From contig JABMQF010000062.1 of NCBI GenBank assembly GCA_013203345.1, forward strand, positions 2,490-66,489: a stretch of 64,000 bases of DNA, in the 5' to 3' direction. Made by a program: the position numbers and the translations under genes. Every line of letters starts with the position of its first letter. Position 1 is the stretch's first letter. This DNA is from Candidatus Woesearchaeota archaeon. GTDB taxonomy: Archaea; Nanobdellota; Nanobdellia; Woesearchaeales; UBA11576. The notes below the pieces were generated by a model, which had not been told where the DNA came from, made no database searches, and worked only from the letters and a program-made list of their open reading frames with translations. This document shows positions 1 through 9,399 of this stretch, piece after piece.

Positions 1-198
1 ATACTCAACTGGTATGATATAATAATCACAAAAATATCAAGAGCAGAAGAAAGAGACTACCAAGACATATTGGTAATAATGAAAAGCCAAAACATTGATT
101 TCAATAAATTGAAGAAAAGATATTATGCGCTCGCAGAAGGAGCGATAATATCTGCACATGATGAAAAATTCAGACATCTTGAGAGGCAAATCAAATGA
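1..198 (+). CDS. 3' end of a nucleotidyltransferase-like protein (DUF6036/AbiEii-like), truncated by the window edge
   Basis: Frame 1 is open from base 1: ILNWYDIIITKISRAEERDYQDILVIMK...RQIK*. The D-x3-K-x2-R-x3-RD-x2-D pattern resembles the AbiEii/DUF6036 C-terminus. The TGA overlaps the next ATG (ATGA). Confidence 0.55.
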   Translation: MLNWYDIIITKISRAEERDYQDILVIMKSQNIDFNKLKKRYYALAEGAIISAHDEKFRHLERQIK

Positions 199-815
199 TA
201 TCTGCAAAACTGATCAAAGATCTGGAAAAACATGGTTTCGAACTTGAATTTCCTACTTATGGAACCAATGAAGATATGATCCTGGAAATAATCAATGAAG
301 AAAATGAAAGACTATATCCTGCAATACCTCTCCTGTTATTAGACCACTTCAATTATGACCTGATCAAACACAGACTTAAACCAATTCAGAGAAAAAAATT
401 TGATTTCATAATACTAATAGCAGATAGCATATTCAAAAAAGAGAAATTAGATAATAAAAATACTAAACAGATCATCACTGATAATAAAATCAAGCAAAGA
501 ATCCCAAAAGAATCATTTGAGTATTATCATGCTGCATTCAAAGACTCTATGAAAAGAAAAGAGGAACAAAAAGAAGAACAGCGAGAAGAACAATTAGACA
601 TAAGAAACACACTTAACATAAACAAATCATTATCAACAATATATGCTCCAGGAAAGTTAAGAATAATGAACAAAATATATAATCATGAACATTTGACGAA
701 CACTGAGCTGAAATATTATTATCGATCTATCCGACCATTTATATTATCTATACTTAATGAGAACCTGAGGAAATATATCATGATAATAGAGTCGTCGAAG
801 AAATATACTCAATAA
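195..815 (+). CDS. Hypothetical protein (206 aa), probable partner of the upstream nucleotidyltransferase
   Basis: Long AT-rich ORF, translationally coupled through an ATGA overlap; no recognised motif. Confidence 0.7.
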   Translation: MISAKLIKDLEKHGFELEFPTYGTNEDMILEIINEENERLYPAIPLLLLDHFNYDLIKHRLKPIQRKKFDFIILIADSIFKKEKLDNKNTKQIITDNKIKQRIPKESFEYYHAAFKDSMKRKEEQKEEQREEQLDIRNTLNINKSLSTIYAPGKLRIMNKIYNHEHLTNTELKYYYRSIRPFILSILNENLRKYIMIIESSKKYTQ

Positions 816-873
816 GGAATTGTTGTATGACGAAGAGATATTATTAAATAGAAACAGCCTGATTATCTGGTGT

Positions 874-903
874 AAAGGGTGAACATCCCCCTTTTCGCCC
901 TTT
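874..903. terminator. Hairpin between convergent genes, putative terminator
   Basis: AAAGGGTGAA (874-883) pairs with TTCGCCCTTT (894-903) with one G-U pair. Confidence 0.35.
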
Positions 904-2088
904 TTACTTCTCCTGGACAGGGAATGTCCTGTATAATATTATTGCAGATAATGCTGCTGACAATCCGACTATGAAGTATACGCTGCTTATGGAAAGCAGA
1001 TCTGTCAGCCTGCTGAATACAAAGATGGAGACTATGTAGACAAGACTGACTACGAAATTCTGAACAGAGAGGGCCGTGGCCCTGTGACTCGACATGATGT
1101 GCTTCTGGATAAAGTTATTGGTGACAGGATATGACAGACCTCTTCCAAAATAGTTCACGATTATGAAAATCAGCCCGAACCATGCATCAATGAGACTTAG
1201 TATGATGAAGCAAGATATGTGGATGAAAGTTATTGAAAACAATGTCCGTTTCTCACCTAGCCAGTCAAGCAGCCTGTGCGCATTCCAGTAAACCATTGCT
1301 TCGAAACCCCAGATGAGCGCGAACAGAAAACCAAAGTTCTTCACATCAAAGCCGAACTCCACCAAGGAAGGCTGGACAATAAATATCTGGTACCCGAAAA
1401 AAGCTGCGAAGAGGGCACTGTATGCAATTATCCATCTGACCTGCGGATGCCCTTTCACATACCTGCAGCCCTCGATGACCTGGTTGTAATGAGCCCTCAT
1501 GCTGTACTTCTCCCGCTTCTTTGTCTCCTTCATCAGAAGGAATGAAACACCTGCCAGGAAGAACACAGCAGCGCCGAGGTAGTATGGATATGAGATGTTG
1601 ATTGTGAACAGGTAAGCACCGACAAACCCTCCAGATATACTGCCTATAGAAAATATTGCGCCCGACCGCCCATTTATCTTAGGGTATAAGTGCTCCTTTT
1701 TCAGCTCCTTTAGCGAGTCGTAGAAAAGCGCATCATCTGCGCCTGAGTAAAGGGTCTCACCTATGCCGTAGAGTGCGAGAATGATAAGAACCAATGAGTA
1801 ATTCCCAGTCATGCCGATAAGAAGGACAGCAAGACCCACCACAGCATACCCCAGGAACACACTCCATTTCCTGCCGATAAGATCAGCAAAAGCTCCGGAA
1901 GGAATCTCCAAGAGCAGCAACACAGCAGAGAACACTATGTCTGTGATGCCTATCTGGGTATAATCAAACCCTCTCGCAATGAGATACAAGGTCCATATTG
2001 TCGCAGGTATCCACAAACCACGCAGGTACTTGTAGAGGTAGAACTTCCAGATGTTCGCGTTCAGCTGTTTTTTTAGTGTTGTATCCAT
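904..2088 (-). CDS. MFS transporter (drug/metabolite exporter)
   Basis: About 12 hydrophobic segments and motif A LEIPSGAFADLIGRK, plus SGADDALFYDSL. Likely start is MDTTLKK at 2088 (the ORF track extends to 2208). Confidence 0.9.
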   Translation of the reverse strand: MDTTLKKQLNANIWKFYLYKYLRGLWIPATIWTLYLIARGFDYTQIGITDIVFSAVLLLLEIPSGAFADLIGRKWSVFLGYAVVGLAVLLIGMTGNYSLVLIILALYGIGETLYSGADDALFYDSLKELKKEHLYPKINGRSGAIFSIGSISGGFVGAYLFTINISYPYYLGAAVFFLAGVSFLLMKETKKREKYSMRAHYNQVIEGCRYVKGHPQVRWIIAYSALFAAFFGYQIFIVQPSLVEFGFDVKNFGFLFALIWGFEAMVYWNAHRLLDWLGEKRTLFSITFIHISCFIILSLIDAWFGLIFIIVNYFGRGLSYPVTNNFIQKHIMSSHRATALSVQNFVVSLVYIVSIFVFSRLTDLLSISSVYFIVGLSAALSAIILYRTFPVQEK

Positions 2089-2229
2089 TCCTGTGACCTG
2101 TTTATTGTATCCATATTGAAAGGTATTTAAAATGTTTTTGATTGGGTGATGTCCTGCTTTTGGTTGTGCTGTCAATGTAAATTCCTGCATAGATATCTTT
2201 AAAAACAATCGGTGTATGTTTCTGTTAAA

Positions 2230-3684
2230 ATGAGATACGCAATAATCATACTAATCATGCTGATAGCAATCGTGGGTTGCGAAGAGCAGGAAATCATCGA
2301 GTCAAGGCCTGTCGATGCTGTTGACATCCCTTCAGAGGATGCTGCTGAGCCTGAAGCGCCTGTCACAGAAGATGAACCTCTTGAAGAAGAATTTGAATAT
2401 CTAGAGGAACCTATAAATGAAATACCTTCGGAAGAGATGATAGATGAAATAGAAGAGCCTCTCGAAGTTGAAGAACAGACTGTATATGAAGAACCAGAAA
2501 GAATAATCACCAGAGGCGGAACAGGAGGTTCTGGTTCTCAGGAAACAGAACCTGAAGAAGAGGAAGAAGAAGAGGAAACCGAAGAAGAAGAAGAGGCTGA
2601 AGAAGAAACAGAAGAAACTGTTTCATCAGATGTTATCCAGCCAAGTGATCTAACATACCTTGGAGCGTTCAGAGTTCCTGATGATATGGATGACATGGGT
2701 TATGAATGGGGCGGAACAGCAATTGCTTACTATCCAGAACATGAATCATTGTTTATGACAGGACATGAATGGTATCAAAGAGTTGGAGAGTTCAGCATAC
2801 CTGAGCCAAAGATGGGGGGTGTAGGAAATCTGAATACTGCAAATGAACTACAGCAAAGGACAGATGTTCGCGAGGCTTGGGATTATTTAGAAATACCAAG
2901 AGCAGCGCTTGCTTATGTTCCAGGACATGTGGGATTGTATATGGCATTTGCTCAGCATCTTGATTTTGAAACAACATCAAATCACGGATGGACAAGCATC
3001 ACACTTGATGATTCAAAAGGACCTTATAGCATAGGGGGACTTTGGAACTATCTTACATCCGATTATATGTTTGTGATACCTCCGGCATGGGCAGATGAAC
3101 ATGCTGACGGTCGAAGTCTGGCTACAGGTCGCTATAGAGACGGAGGACAGGCATCACAAGGACCTACAATCTTTGCAATATCTCCATGGGATGATCATGA
3201 TTATGTGACCTTGCTGAGATATTCAGATCATGCTTCGGATCCAACAGCAGTCAATAGCCTTAATGATTACTCCCATGCAGACGAATGGTCAGGAGGAGCA
3301 TGGATAGACGGCACAGTTGTGTTTGTAGGCTTTAAAGGAAAAGGAAACACATGGTATGGATATTATGATGGAACAGTAAGTGAAGAACCAGACTATCAGG
3401 AAGGACCAGGAGAAAGAGGATGGTGGGCAGACAACTGGGACGCAGAGATAATACTCTATGATGTTTCTGATTTTGAATCAGTTGTTGCTGGAGATATGGA
3501 AGCTTATGAGCCGCAACCTTATGCTGTGCTGGATATTTCCGATAGGATGTATAAATTCCCAGATAATGAGATACGTAAGTTAGGATCAGTTGCTTGGGAT
3601 GCAGAGGGTCGACGGTTGTTTGTCGCAGAACATCTTGGTGATGAAGATGATAGGCCTATTGTTCATGTGTGGAGTGTTGGGTGA
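2230..3684 (+). CDS. Secreted lipoprotein with a long Glu-rich linker and a probable beta-propeller-like domain
   Basis: MRYAIIILIMLIAIVGC signal/lipobox; poly-E linker; W/G/Y/D-rich beta-type C-terminal region. Confidence 0.75.
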   Translation: MRYAIIILIMLIAIVGCEEQEIIESRPVDAVDIPSEDAAEPEAPVTEDEPLEEEFEYLEEPINEIPSEEMIDEIEEPLEVEEQTVYEEPERIITRGGTGGSGSQETEPEEEEEEEETEEEEEAEEETEETVSSDVIQPSDLTYLGAFRVPDDMDDMGYEWGGTAIAYYPEHESLFMTGHEWYQRVGEFSIPEPKMGGVGNLNTANELQQRTDVREAWDYLEIPRAALAYVPGHVGLYMAFAQHLDFETTSNHGWTSITLDDSKGPYSIGGLWNYLTSDYMFVIPPAWADEHADGRSLATGRYRDGGQASQGPTIFAISPWDDHDYVTLLRYSDHASDPTAVNSLNDYSHADEWSGGAWIDGTVVFVGFKGKGNTWYGYYDGTVSEEPDYQEGPGERGWWADNWDAEIILYDVSDFESVVAGDMEAYEPQPYAVLDISDRMYKFPDNEIRKLGSVAWDAEGRRLFVAEHLGDEDDRPIVHVWSVG

Positions 3685-3732
3685 GACAGAGAGAAATCTG
3701 TTTGGTCTGTGGTGTGGCAGGGGTGCAAGTGC

Positions 3733-4677
3733 ATGAAATTGGCAACAATCAAAAAACAGATTGAGAAGGCAGTGAAGCTGCATGCGAAGAATCTTGGGAT
3801 ATGTGCTGTGAAGAGTGTCAAGGTCTCTAAGATTGGTGTCGGCGAGAATAACCTGAACATGTTAGCGGAAGTCAATGGAAAAAAGTTCACCTTCCGCATC
3901 TCATTGAAGAGCGAGAAGAATCTCTCAGATGAATTCAGAGCACTACATCGGATCCCAAAAGGTCTTGGACCTAAACCAATCTACATCGACAAGACAAAAA
4001 GAATACTATCTCACGAGTACATTGTCATGGAATACATCGAAGGAAGAGTTCTGAAAAGATTGTCAGACAAGCATCTTAAACTGCATGCCAAATCACTGGC
4101 AAAGCTCCATAGCATCCGGAAAAAACTGCCGAATGGATTTGACCTGAACAAGTGGCTCAAAAAGGAAATAAACTGGACTGCGAAAAGGATGCCCATCTAC
4201 GAGGACAAGGAAATACAAGAACTTCTTCCAAAGGGCATAGAATATGTCAAATCAAAAAACCATCTCTTCACTGCATTGAAACAATCATCATTGACACACT
4301 GCGATCCATGCCTGTCAAACATCATCTTCAACAAGAAAGGTCTTAGATACATTGACTGGGAATGGTCCAAATTCCATGACAATGCATATGATGTGTCCAT
4401 GATATATGATCCTGACTGCACACAGCCGCCCTGGAAGATGAAATTATCCGGCAAAAGGTTAAAGACATATCTTAACACATACAACAGATACATGAAAGAC
4501 AAGACACTGATGCAGAGGGTGCCAGTCTGGATTACAGTATACAGGTTCACAGACCTGCTGTTCTTCAAATACAAATTATGGAACTGGAAGAACGAGAAAT
4601 CAAAAGACATACCAAAGAAACAATACGAAGCGCACCTGAGGAACACCATAAAAATGCTTAGAAAACAGTTCAGGTAG
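3733..4677 (+). CDS. Aminoglycoside phosphotransferase / choline kinase family protein
   Basis: GxGENN loop, YIVMEYIEG, Brenner-like HCDPCLSNII and IDWE motifs. Confidence 0.85.
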   Translation: MKLATIKKQIEKAVKLHAKNLGICAVKSVKVSKIGVGENNLNMLAEVNGKKFTFRISLKSEKNLSDEFRALHRIPKGLGPKPIYIDKTKRILSHEYIVMEYIEGRVLKRLSDKHLKLHAKSLAKLHSIRKKLPNGFDLNKWLKKEINWTAKRMPIYEDKEIQELLPKGIEYVKSKNHLFTALKQSSLTHCDPCLSNIIFNKKGLRYIDWEWSKFHDNAYDVSMIYDPDCTQPPWKMKLSGKRLKTYLNTYNRYMKDKTLMQRVPVWITVYRFTDLLFFKYKLWNWKNEKSKDIPKKQYEAHLRNTIKMLRKQFR

Positions 4678-4857
4678 ATGTAAAGCAAGAAGCCCTCAGT
4701 CGGAGCATGAAATTCATCGCCGAGGCTCATTTTCCTGCAATTGTCTTTACAGAACTTCTCAAACACACGATGAGTTGGGATTGATTGATGGTAAATATTG
4801 GTATCGTTGCGCAGATGGTAGAAACAGTTAAATATATTGAAATGGATTTGAATCAGC

Positions 4858-5322
4858 ATGGAAGAGCAATACTCAATCAAGGATGGTCGTGTCGAGGCTG
4901 TGATGTGGATCGTGTACAAGGATGGTGCGGTTGTTATCGAGAAGAGGCCTGCGCATCCTACCAAGGCGACAACTTGTTTGCCTGCAGGGCATGTTGATTT
5001 GAACAGAGACAAGGGAGAGGACTATATTGAAGCTGCTTTTATTCGTGAGAGTTCTGAAGAGTTTGCTGAAGGAAAATTCAAGCCTACTTCGTGGAAATAC
5101 CTGAAAGCAATTGATTTTGAAGAGACAGAAAGGGATGGTCGTGTGACCAAGCTGAAACTGCATTACTTTGTTGTGACAGAGTGGGAAGGTGATGTACCCG
5201 AGTACACAGTGGAGCACAATGGAAAGCATGCTGATCTTGAGTGGTTTTCAATATCACGGTATGAAGAACTGCCGCAGATCTGTGATCGGGAAGTGCTTAG
5301 TCATCTTGAGAAGATGTTGTGA
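4858..5322 (+). CDS. NUDIX hydrolase
   Basis: Variant Nudix box LPAGHVD...EAAFIRESSEE; YFVVTEWEG and LEWF segments. Confidence 0.75.
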   Translation: MEEQYSIKDGRVEAVMWIVYKDGAVVIEKRPAHPTKATTCLPAGHVDLNRDKGEDYIEAAFIRESSEEFAEGKFKPTSWKYLKAIDFEETERDGRVTKLKLHYFVVTEWEGDVPEYTVEHNGKHADLEWFSISRYEELPQICDREVLSHLEKML

Positions 5323-5326
5323 GTTC

Positions 5327-5439
5327 GTTTATGCTATAAACAAATAACCTTAATTCTTTCTATTTTGTTTATGTTATAAACATTGTTTATTGTGTAAACA
5401 GAAAACTATATATAGGAGTTTTGCGTTTATTGTATAAAC
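5327..5439 (+). promoter_or_regulatory. Four palindromic operators GTTTA-N5-TAAAC around the TATA box of TA module 1
   Basis: Sites at 5327-5341, 5367-5381, 5385-5399 and 5425-5439; TATATATA at 5407-5414. Confidence 0.75.
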
Positions 5440-5781
5440 CTGGAAGAACTGCTTGGCAATGTCATATCATTCTATCGATCTGCACAGATAGTAGAATCAT
5501 CTAAAGATTACACTTCAGCAACCATACTTTACTTCAAGTGTCTTTTTGTGATGGCAGACCTCATCATATTCCGCAAGAAGAGAATGACACCTAAAGACCA
5601 TACAGAAAGATTCAGGATGCTGGAAAAAGATTTTCCTGACATCTACACAGTGCTTGACAAGACATTCCAGATATATCGCGATACATACTCACTCAACATC
5701 GACAAAAAGAAGTGCGAAGAGGTAAAGCAGCATGTCATCAGAATTGCCAAAGAACAGGAAATTCATCTCGACAGTAAATAA
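5440..5781 (+). CDS. HEPN/PaREP1-like small helical protein (TA module 1), with a non-canonical start
   Basis: Frame is open from 5416: (CTG)EELLGNVISFYRSA..ATILYFKCLF..PKDHTERFRML..YRDTY. Paralog of 7253-7600. No ATG/GTG/TTG occurs before 5548. Confidence 0.7.
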   Translation: MEELLGNVISFYRSAQIVESSKDYTSATILYFKCLFVMADLIIFRKKRMTPKDHTERFRMLEKDFPDIYTVLDKTFQIYRDTYSLNIDKKKCEEVKQHVIRIAKEQEIHLDSK

Positions 5782-6316
5782 GTTCTACAAGAACAACAAG
5801 GAATCAGTGCTTGACATAGTCCTTTTTGGGTCAAGCACCAAGGGGAAAAAGGTGCCAAATGACATTGACATCCTTCTTTTGTTTAAGGATACAGAGGATA
5901 CAGACATCGCGTATGAACTCAGGAAGATTCTGAAAATATTCGGGAAAGTGCAGATAACTACAAAGACCTATTCGAATATGTTCGACAACAAATTCATGGC
6001 AAGGGAATCATATCTGTCTGAGGGCTACAGCCTTATTATGAAGAAAAGAATATCCTCCGGCCTCGGCTACTCCAGCAGAACAGTATTCAAGTACAAACTT
6101 CAGGGCTTTAACCAGTCAAGAAGGATGCAGCTACAGTACGCACTCTATGGGCGGGGCGGAAAGACAGGCATAGTAAAAGAATTCGGACTTGAGAAGTTCG
6201 CAGACACTGTGTTTTTCTGTCAGACAGAAAAAACAGAGAAGTTCAGGGAATTCCTAGACTATTGGGAGATAGAATATGATGTGTTCCCTATACTTTTACC
6301 GAAGAGGATGGTATGA
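5732..6316 (+). CDS. Minimal nucleotidyltransferase (MNT) with a C-terminal ferredoxin-like (Cas2/PaaX-like) domain
   Basis: LDIVLFGSSTKG..PNDIDILL motif; C-terminal VFKYKL..YALYGRGG..G domain. Confidence 0.85.
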   Translation: MSSELPKNRKFISTVNKFYKNNKESVLDIVLFGSSTKGKKVPNDIDILLLFKDTEDTDIAYELRKILKIFGKVQITTKTYSNMFDNKFMARESYLSEGYSLIMKKRISSGLGYSSRTVFKYKLQGFNQSRRMQLQYALYGRGGKTGIVKEFGLEKFADTVFFCQTEKTEKFREFLDYWEIEYDVFPILLPKRMV

Positions 6317-6733
6317 ATGGTACACCTTATGACTAATATTGCAGAGTATGCTATAATCATCGATGATAATAAGTTCCTTATGGTCCAATGGGGTCAGCAA
6401 TATGATAATACCTGGCACTTTCCTGGCGGTAGACTGGATGAGAATGATAGGGAGATAGAGGGTCTTAGACGTGAAGTCAAAGAAGAGATAGGTGTTGAGA
6501 TTATTGATATCAAGCCTGTGTTTTCCAAGTTTGTCACAAAGGCTGAATGTCAATATGCCAAAAAAGATTATCAAATGTATACATTATTCTACACTGCCAG
6601 GATCAAGCCAGGCCAGGAAATCAAACTCGATGAGGTGGAGCACCACAATTACAAGTGGTTTACTCGCAAAGATCTAGAGAATATTGAATTCTACATGGAT
6701 TTCTACAAAGAGATGCTAGAAGAGATATTTTGA
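6317..6733 (+). CDS. NUDIX hydrolase
   Basis: Canonical Nudix box WHFPGGRLDENDREIEGLRREVKEEIG; EHHNYKW. Confidence 0.9.
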   Translation: MVHLMTNIAEYAIIIDDNKFLMVQWGQQYDNTWHFPGGRLDENDREIEGLRREVKEEIGVEIIDIKPVFSKFVTKAECQYAKKDYQMYTLFYTARIKPGQEIKLDEVEHHNYKWFTRKDLENIEFYMDFYKEMLEEIF

Positions 6734-6762
6734 ACCGTTGCGGATATTTCTGGCAGGGCACA

Positions 6763-7299
6763 CTATGCCTTCAAGATGTTCTTTCGCCCATAGTTGATTT
6801 TATGAGACTTCAATATCTCCGCGAACTCGTCAGAGTTTTCGATAGGTATCTCTATGACACCTGGCGCGATGTGGTCCCCGTCCAGCATCTTAACAATGCC
6901 ATCCCTTCCCCTGCCGCTCAGCACATAATTAAACTTGACTTTTTCCGTATGTGTCTTGTCCTTGAGATCATAGCTGAACAAAGCAGATGAAGTGAACCCA
7001 AGCAATCGGGAAAAGGGCTTTTGATGCCTTACACTGATACCTTCAAGAAAAATACCTGTCCTGGAGAAGAACTCAGGCCTGAACAACTCATGCAGAAGGA
7101 TTGCCTTGATATCCACTTTGACATCAAGGTCCTTGCGGATCTTCTGGATAGTCGTCAATCTTTCATCCAATGAACCAGAACTAAATATCACTGCAATATC
7201 TATGTCACCTGGCTTCATCTTTCCTTTTACACTGGAGCCATAAATGACAATGTCAAATATTTCCTTGGAAAGATATTTTTTTAATCTTTTCAGCATCAT
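6763..7299 (-). CDS. Minimal nucleotidyltransferase (MNT) with a C-terminal ferredoxin-like domain (TA module 2)
   Basis: FDIVIYGSSVKG..PGDIDIAVI motif; C-terminal LFSYDL..NYVLSGRG, paralogous to 5732-6316. Confidence 0.85.
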   Translation of the reverse strand: MMLKRLKKYLSKEIFDIVIYGSSVKGKMKPGDIDIAVIFSSGSLDERLTTIQKIRKDLDVKVDIKAILLHELFRPEFFSRTGIFLEGISVRHQKPFSRLLGFTSSALFSYDLKDKTHTEKVKFNYVLSGRGRDGIVKMLDGDHIAPGVIEIPIENSDEFAEILKSHKINYGRKNILKA

Positions 7300-7600
7300 G
7301 TTTCATCATCTCAGCGGCTTCGGAATCCATCTTCTTTGTGTAGCTATCCTGATAGAATGGAAAATCCTTGTCTATTATCATGTATATCTCTGGATATTTC
7401 TCCTGAATTATCCTGAACCTGTTTGAGTGCGATGAGGGAACCTCGCCTTCAGACTTCAAGAGGAAAAGGTCCACGCCCGCACACATTGACTTGAAGAATA
7501 AAGTCGTAGCTGAGTTGAACCTTTGCTTATTGAAAGCCTCCATAGCGGAAACGAAGTATTCATTGATATTCTCAACCAGTATCTTCTCTTTTTCATCCAT
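7253..7600 (-). CDS. HEPN/PaREP1-like small helical protein (TA module 2)
   Basis: MDEKEKILVENINEYFVSA..ATTLFFK..PSSHSNRFRII..YQDSY; overlaps the MNT gene as in module 1. Confidence 0.8.
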   Translation of the reverse strand: MDEKEKILVENINEYFVSAMEAFNKQRFNSATTLFFKSMCAGVDLFLLKSEGEVPSSHSNRFRIIQEKYPEIYMIIDKDFPFYQDSYTKKMDSEAAEMMKHDAEKIKKISFQGNI

Positions 7601-7695
7601 TGTATAGTACAACGCAAAGGTAATATTTAAGGTTTTTGGTTGTATTGTTCAACATAAATCGTTTTTAAGTGGTTATTTGTTGTAGGGTACAACAA
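7599..7695 (-). promoter_or_regulatory. Three palindromic operators GTTGTA-N3-TACAAC at 40-bp spacing (TA module 2)
   Basis: Sites start at 7599, 7639 and 7679; a minus-strand TATA (TTAAATAT) lies at about 7623-7630. Confidence 0.75.
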
Positions 7696-7771
7696 GGATT
7701 GGGGTGTAGATAGTCTATTCGCGAGAAGACCCCAGTGTTGCAAGAGATAATTGTGATAGAAAAATATTGAA

Positions 7772-8965
7772 TCACTTCTTTGCAAGATAGTAGAATATCA
7801 CCCCTGGAAGAATGAATACACCAGAAAGTGCGAGAGCTATCTTAGGTCCGAATGCATCAGTAATGAATCCACCTGCGAGCATAGCAATAAAGCAAGGTAA
7901 CCCTATTATCATTGATTTAGTCGAACCAATAGCCGCCCTGATCTTTGATAGTGAATGTTTCTGGAAATAATGGTTTTCCAGTGGAAATAATATGTTCGGA
8001 ATAACAAACCGCGACACTATGAAAGCTATGATTGCGTAGACAGGACCTGCAATGAAATAAATTCCAATGGATGCAACCGCAATAATGATTATCAACAAAG
8101 CCAATATCTGGTTATCTCCCTTGATCTTCTTCTGGATAACCTTAACTAAGTGAGGAACGAAAACACCTATCAGCGCACCTGCAGAACCAAGCAAAGTGAA
8201 ATATTTCAAGAGGATACCTTGTGATAGGAAGTAAGGCTGCCAGGCAACTGCCGAGACACTGATTAGGTAAAAGAAAAATCCACCCAACGTAAGGTAGAAT
8301 AATATCTTATGGTCATATACATACTTGATTGCTTCCCTTGATACTTTGATAGTCTTACCCAAGACGTTGGTTAAAGGTGTGCGTTCGAATTTCGCTCGAG
8401 ATCTTTCCGCAAACATTAGGCAAAATCCGCCAAGAGTCATTCCAGCACCTGAAATAAAAAAGATCCAGTCAATCCCTAAAAAAGCAATAATCAAAACACC
8501 TAACACTCCCGCAATGAAAGTTCCTAGAGATTTAATGCTGGTACTGTTCATGAAATAGCTCTCTTGCAGGTCAGATTGACGATGTCTTTTTAGAAGATCC
8601 ACAACCCAAGCTTCCTCTGCTCCTGATACCAATGTCAATGCGAATGCAAAAAATATCAAGAGTAAGCAAACTGCGACAAATGATTGCATGAAAGGCACCA
8701 TCAACAAGATTAAACCTCCTAGTAACCACCCAATGATCACTGATTTTTTCCTTCCGAGAATATCTGCGACAGCGCCTGTCGGGATCTCGAACAAGGTAGT
8801 TCCTAAAAGGACAATACCCCAAGTCAGGGATATCTGGACAAAAGAAAATCCTTTGTCTAAGAAAAATATGACCCAGATGAATTCGGTGGAGTCTGCTAAA
8901 AAACCGATAAACAGTGATAAGTAGAAAGGCCACAAAAGCTTGAACTCCCCTTTTTTGAAGAACAT
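7772..8965 (-). CDS. MFS transporter
   Basis: FEIPTGAVADILGRK motif A and SGAEEAWVVD. Start MFFKKG at 8965 lies about 25 bp from TTTATAAA (8988-8995), suggesting a leaderless transcript. Confidence 0.9.
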   Translation of the reverse strand: MFFKKGEFKLLWPFYLSLFIGFLADSTEFIWVIFFLDKGFSFVQISLTWGIVLLGTTLFEIPTGAVADILGRKKSVIIGWLLGGLILLMVPFMQSFVAVCLLLIFFAFALTLVSGAEEAWVVDLLKRHRQSDLQESYFMNSTSIKSLGTFIAGVLGVLIIAFLGIDWIFFISGAGMTLGGFCLMFAERSRAKFERTPLTNVLGKTIKVSREAIKYVYDHKILFYLTLGGFFFYLISVSAVAWQPYFLSQGILLKYFTLLGSAGALIGVFVPHLVKVIQKKIKGDNQILALLIIIIAVASIGIYFIAGPVYAIIAFIVSRFVIPNILFPLENHYFQKHSLSKIRAAIGSTKSMIIGLPCFIAMLAGGFITDAFGPKIALALSGVFILPGVIFYYLAKK

Positions 8966-9133
8966 GTTAAAGGCATACAAATATTTGTTTATAAATTCTT
9001 TGAGTTGAGTCTGAGTCATACTTTCAAACAATACAAAAAATTCAAACATTCAAGGAAATTAACCACTTACCAATGACTAATTAATCACAAGTCTTAAATA
9101 TAAGTTGCCAGCTCATTAATTTCTGTGATTAAT

Positions 9134-9217
9134 ATGCCGAGTAAAGACCTAACCACAATGGCAACAGTCCTTGCTAGGCCTACTTTTCTTAAAATTGCCG
9201 GACCTGTCAAGGTCTAG
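9134..9217 (+). CDS. Putative leader peptide (uORF, 27 aa) MPSKDLTTMATVLARPTFLKIAGPVKV
   Basis: ATG lies about 30 bp after a TTAAATA TATA box; the stop lies in the first stem of a structured leader. Confidence 0.4.
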   Translation: MPSKDLTTMATVLARPTFLKIAGPVKV

Positions 9218-9356
9218 CTTCAGCTCTATCTTTCAGGTCTGAACTTCAAAACAATATAAGACAGCAGTCTGCTGTCCTGGTTTCTGTTTTGATGAACTAA
9301 AAGATGACAGGCAGATTGTCTGCTGTTTCTGCTGAAGCTGCCCACAAATGCTAGAC
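9203..9356 (+). promoter_or_regulatory. Structured 5' leader (attenuator-like) of the MFS gene
   Basis: Nested inverted repeats: GTCTAGC/GCTAGAC, GCTTCAGC/GCTGAAGC, ATCTTT/AAAGAT, TCAAAACA/TGTTTTGA and the GACAGCAGTCTGCTGTC hairpin. Confidence 0.5.
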
Positions 9357-9399
9357 AGAGTCATGCAGTACTGCCAATGAGATAATCGAGGAGAGAAAG

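Noticed and set aside
857..903. tRNA-like fragment (GGTGTAAAGGGTGAACATC resembles a D-arm)
   Set aside because: No T-arm (GTTCRA) and no acceptor-stem pairing; better explained as a terminator hairpin.
4197..5012. 271-aa minus-strand ORF
   Set aside because: Overlaps two motif-supported plus-strand genes (APH-like and NUDIX).
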